From Alphaproteobacteria bacterium (GTDB lineage: Bacteria > Pseudomonadota > Alphaproteobacteria > GCA-2731375): a DNA stretch of 64,000 nucleotides. Numbering within the stretch: the first letter of the stretch is position 1; each line of letters begins with the position of its first letter. The stretch lies in assembly GCA_965225945.1 (NCBI GenBank), contig CBDDBZ010000022.1:1-64000 (forward strand), written 5' to 3'. The position numbers and the translations under genes were made by a program. Below, piece by piece: positions 63,585 to 64,000 of the stretch. Under the pieces are notes generated by a model. That model did not search any database and was not told where the DNA came from. It saw nothing but the letters and a program-made list of their open reading frames with translations.

Positions 63585-64000
63585 ATGGCGCCAAGCGGCG
63601 GGTCGGACCCGCGCGAAGGCGCCTCGGTCGGGCGCGTGCGTGCGGCGCTGGCCGCCGCCGGCTCGGAGGCCGAAATCACTCTATTGGCCGAGACCGCGCG
63701 CACGGCGGGCGATGCCGCCGCCAGCCTCGGCTGCCCCCTGGTGGTCTGATTCAGACGGATGGGTACCATCCGTCTGAATCAGACCACCAATCTTCAAAAG
63801 GATTGTGGTGCAAACCAAACATTGTTTGGTTTGCACCACTGGGCGCCATCGTCAAGTCCCTGGTCTTCGTCGTCGGCGAACGGCCGGTGATGGCGCTGGT
63901 CGCCGGCGATCGACGGCTCGACACCGCGGCGCTGGCGGCGACGCTCGGCCTCGACGGCGAGGTCGAGCGGGCCGACGCGGAGCTGGCGCGCCGGGCGAGC
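63585..64000 (+). pseudogene. YbaK/EbsC aminoacyl-tRNA editing-domain protein interrupted by a MITE; runs off the window
   Basis: TARTA.DAA..LGC.L/GAIVKSLVF join after removing 63741-63841. Confidence 0.85.
63741..63841. mobile_element. 101-bp double-hairpin MITE
   Basis: Two perfect stems (24 bp and 17 bp); CTG(G) repeated at the junctions. Confidence 0.88.

Overview
High-GC alphaproteobacterial chromosome segment (Rhodospirillales-like by gene order; inferred). Housekeeping blocks are rpmI-rplT-pheS-pheT, ssb/uvrA and ruvX/gatC-gatA-gatB. Catabolic genes include dgcN-dgcA, a deacetylase/PLP-deaminase/HMG-CoA-lyase-like trio, an M20 amidohydrolase and an enolase-superfamily enzyme. By my tally about a third of the window is mobile DNA: IS1595 x3, IS1182 x2, IS21 x2, IS3, IS630, ISAs1, IS66, IS256, a RAYT and several MITEs, most with readable terminal repeats and target duplications. 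Many genes are interrupted or frameshifted, some probably by homopolymer sequencing errors. The main candidates for something new are: (1) a 4.14-kb IS21-type transposon with four tightly coupled genes (Cys-rich Zn-finger protein, IstA, IstB, DUF3991/TOPRIM primase-like protein); (2) the two-gene operon it landed in, a Zn-ribbon/DUF3626-like protein plus a ~738-aa protein with near-identical TPR repeats, visible only after removing two IS elements; (3) a transposase-less IS1595/ISSod11-type cassette carrying a passenger gene; (4) tandem PilZ-like/coiled-coil paralogs; (5) dispersed RAYT-end-like motifs acting as IS landing pads; (6) a hidden 31-aa membrane peptide split by an IS. No rRNA, tRNA or CRISPR array was seen. 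Family assignments come from motif recognition, not database searches.
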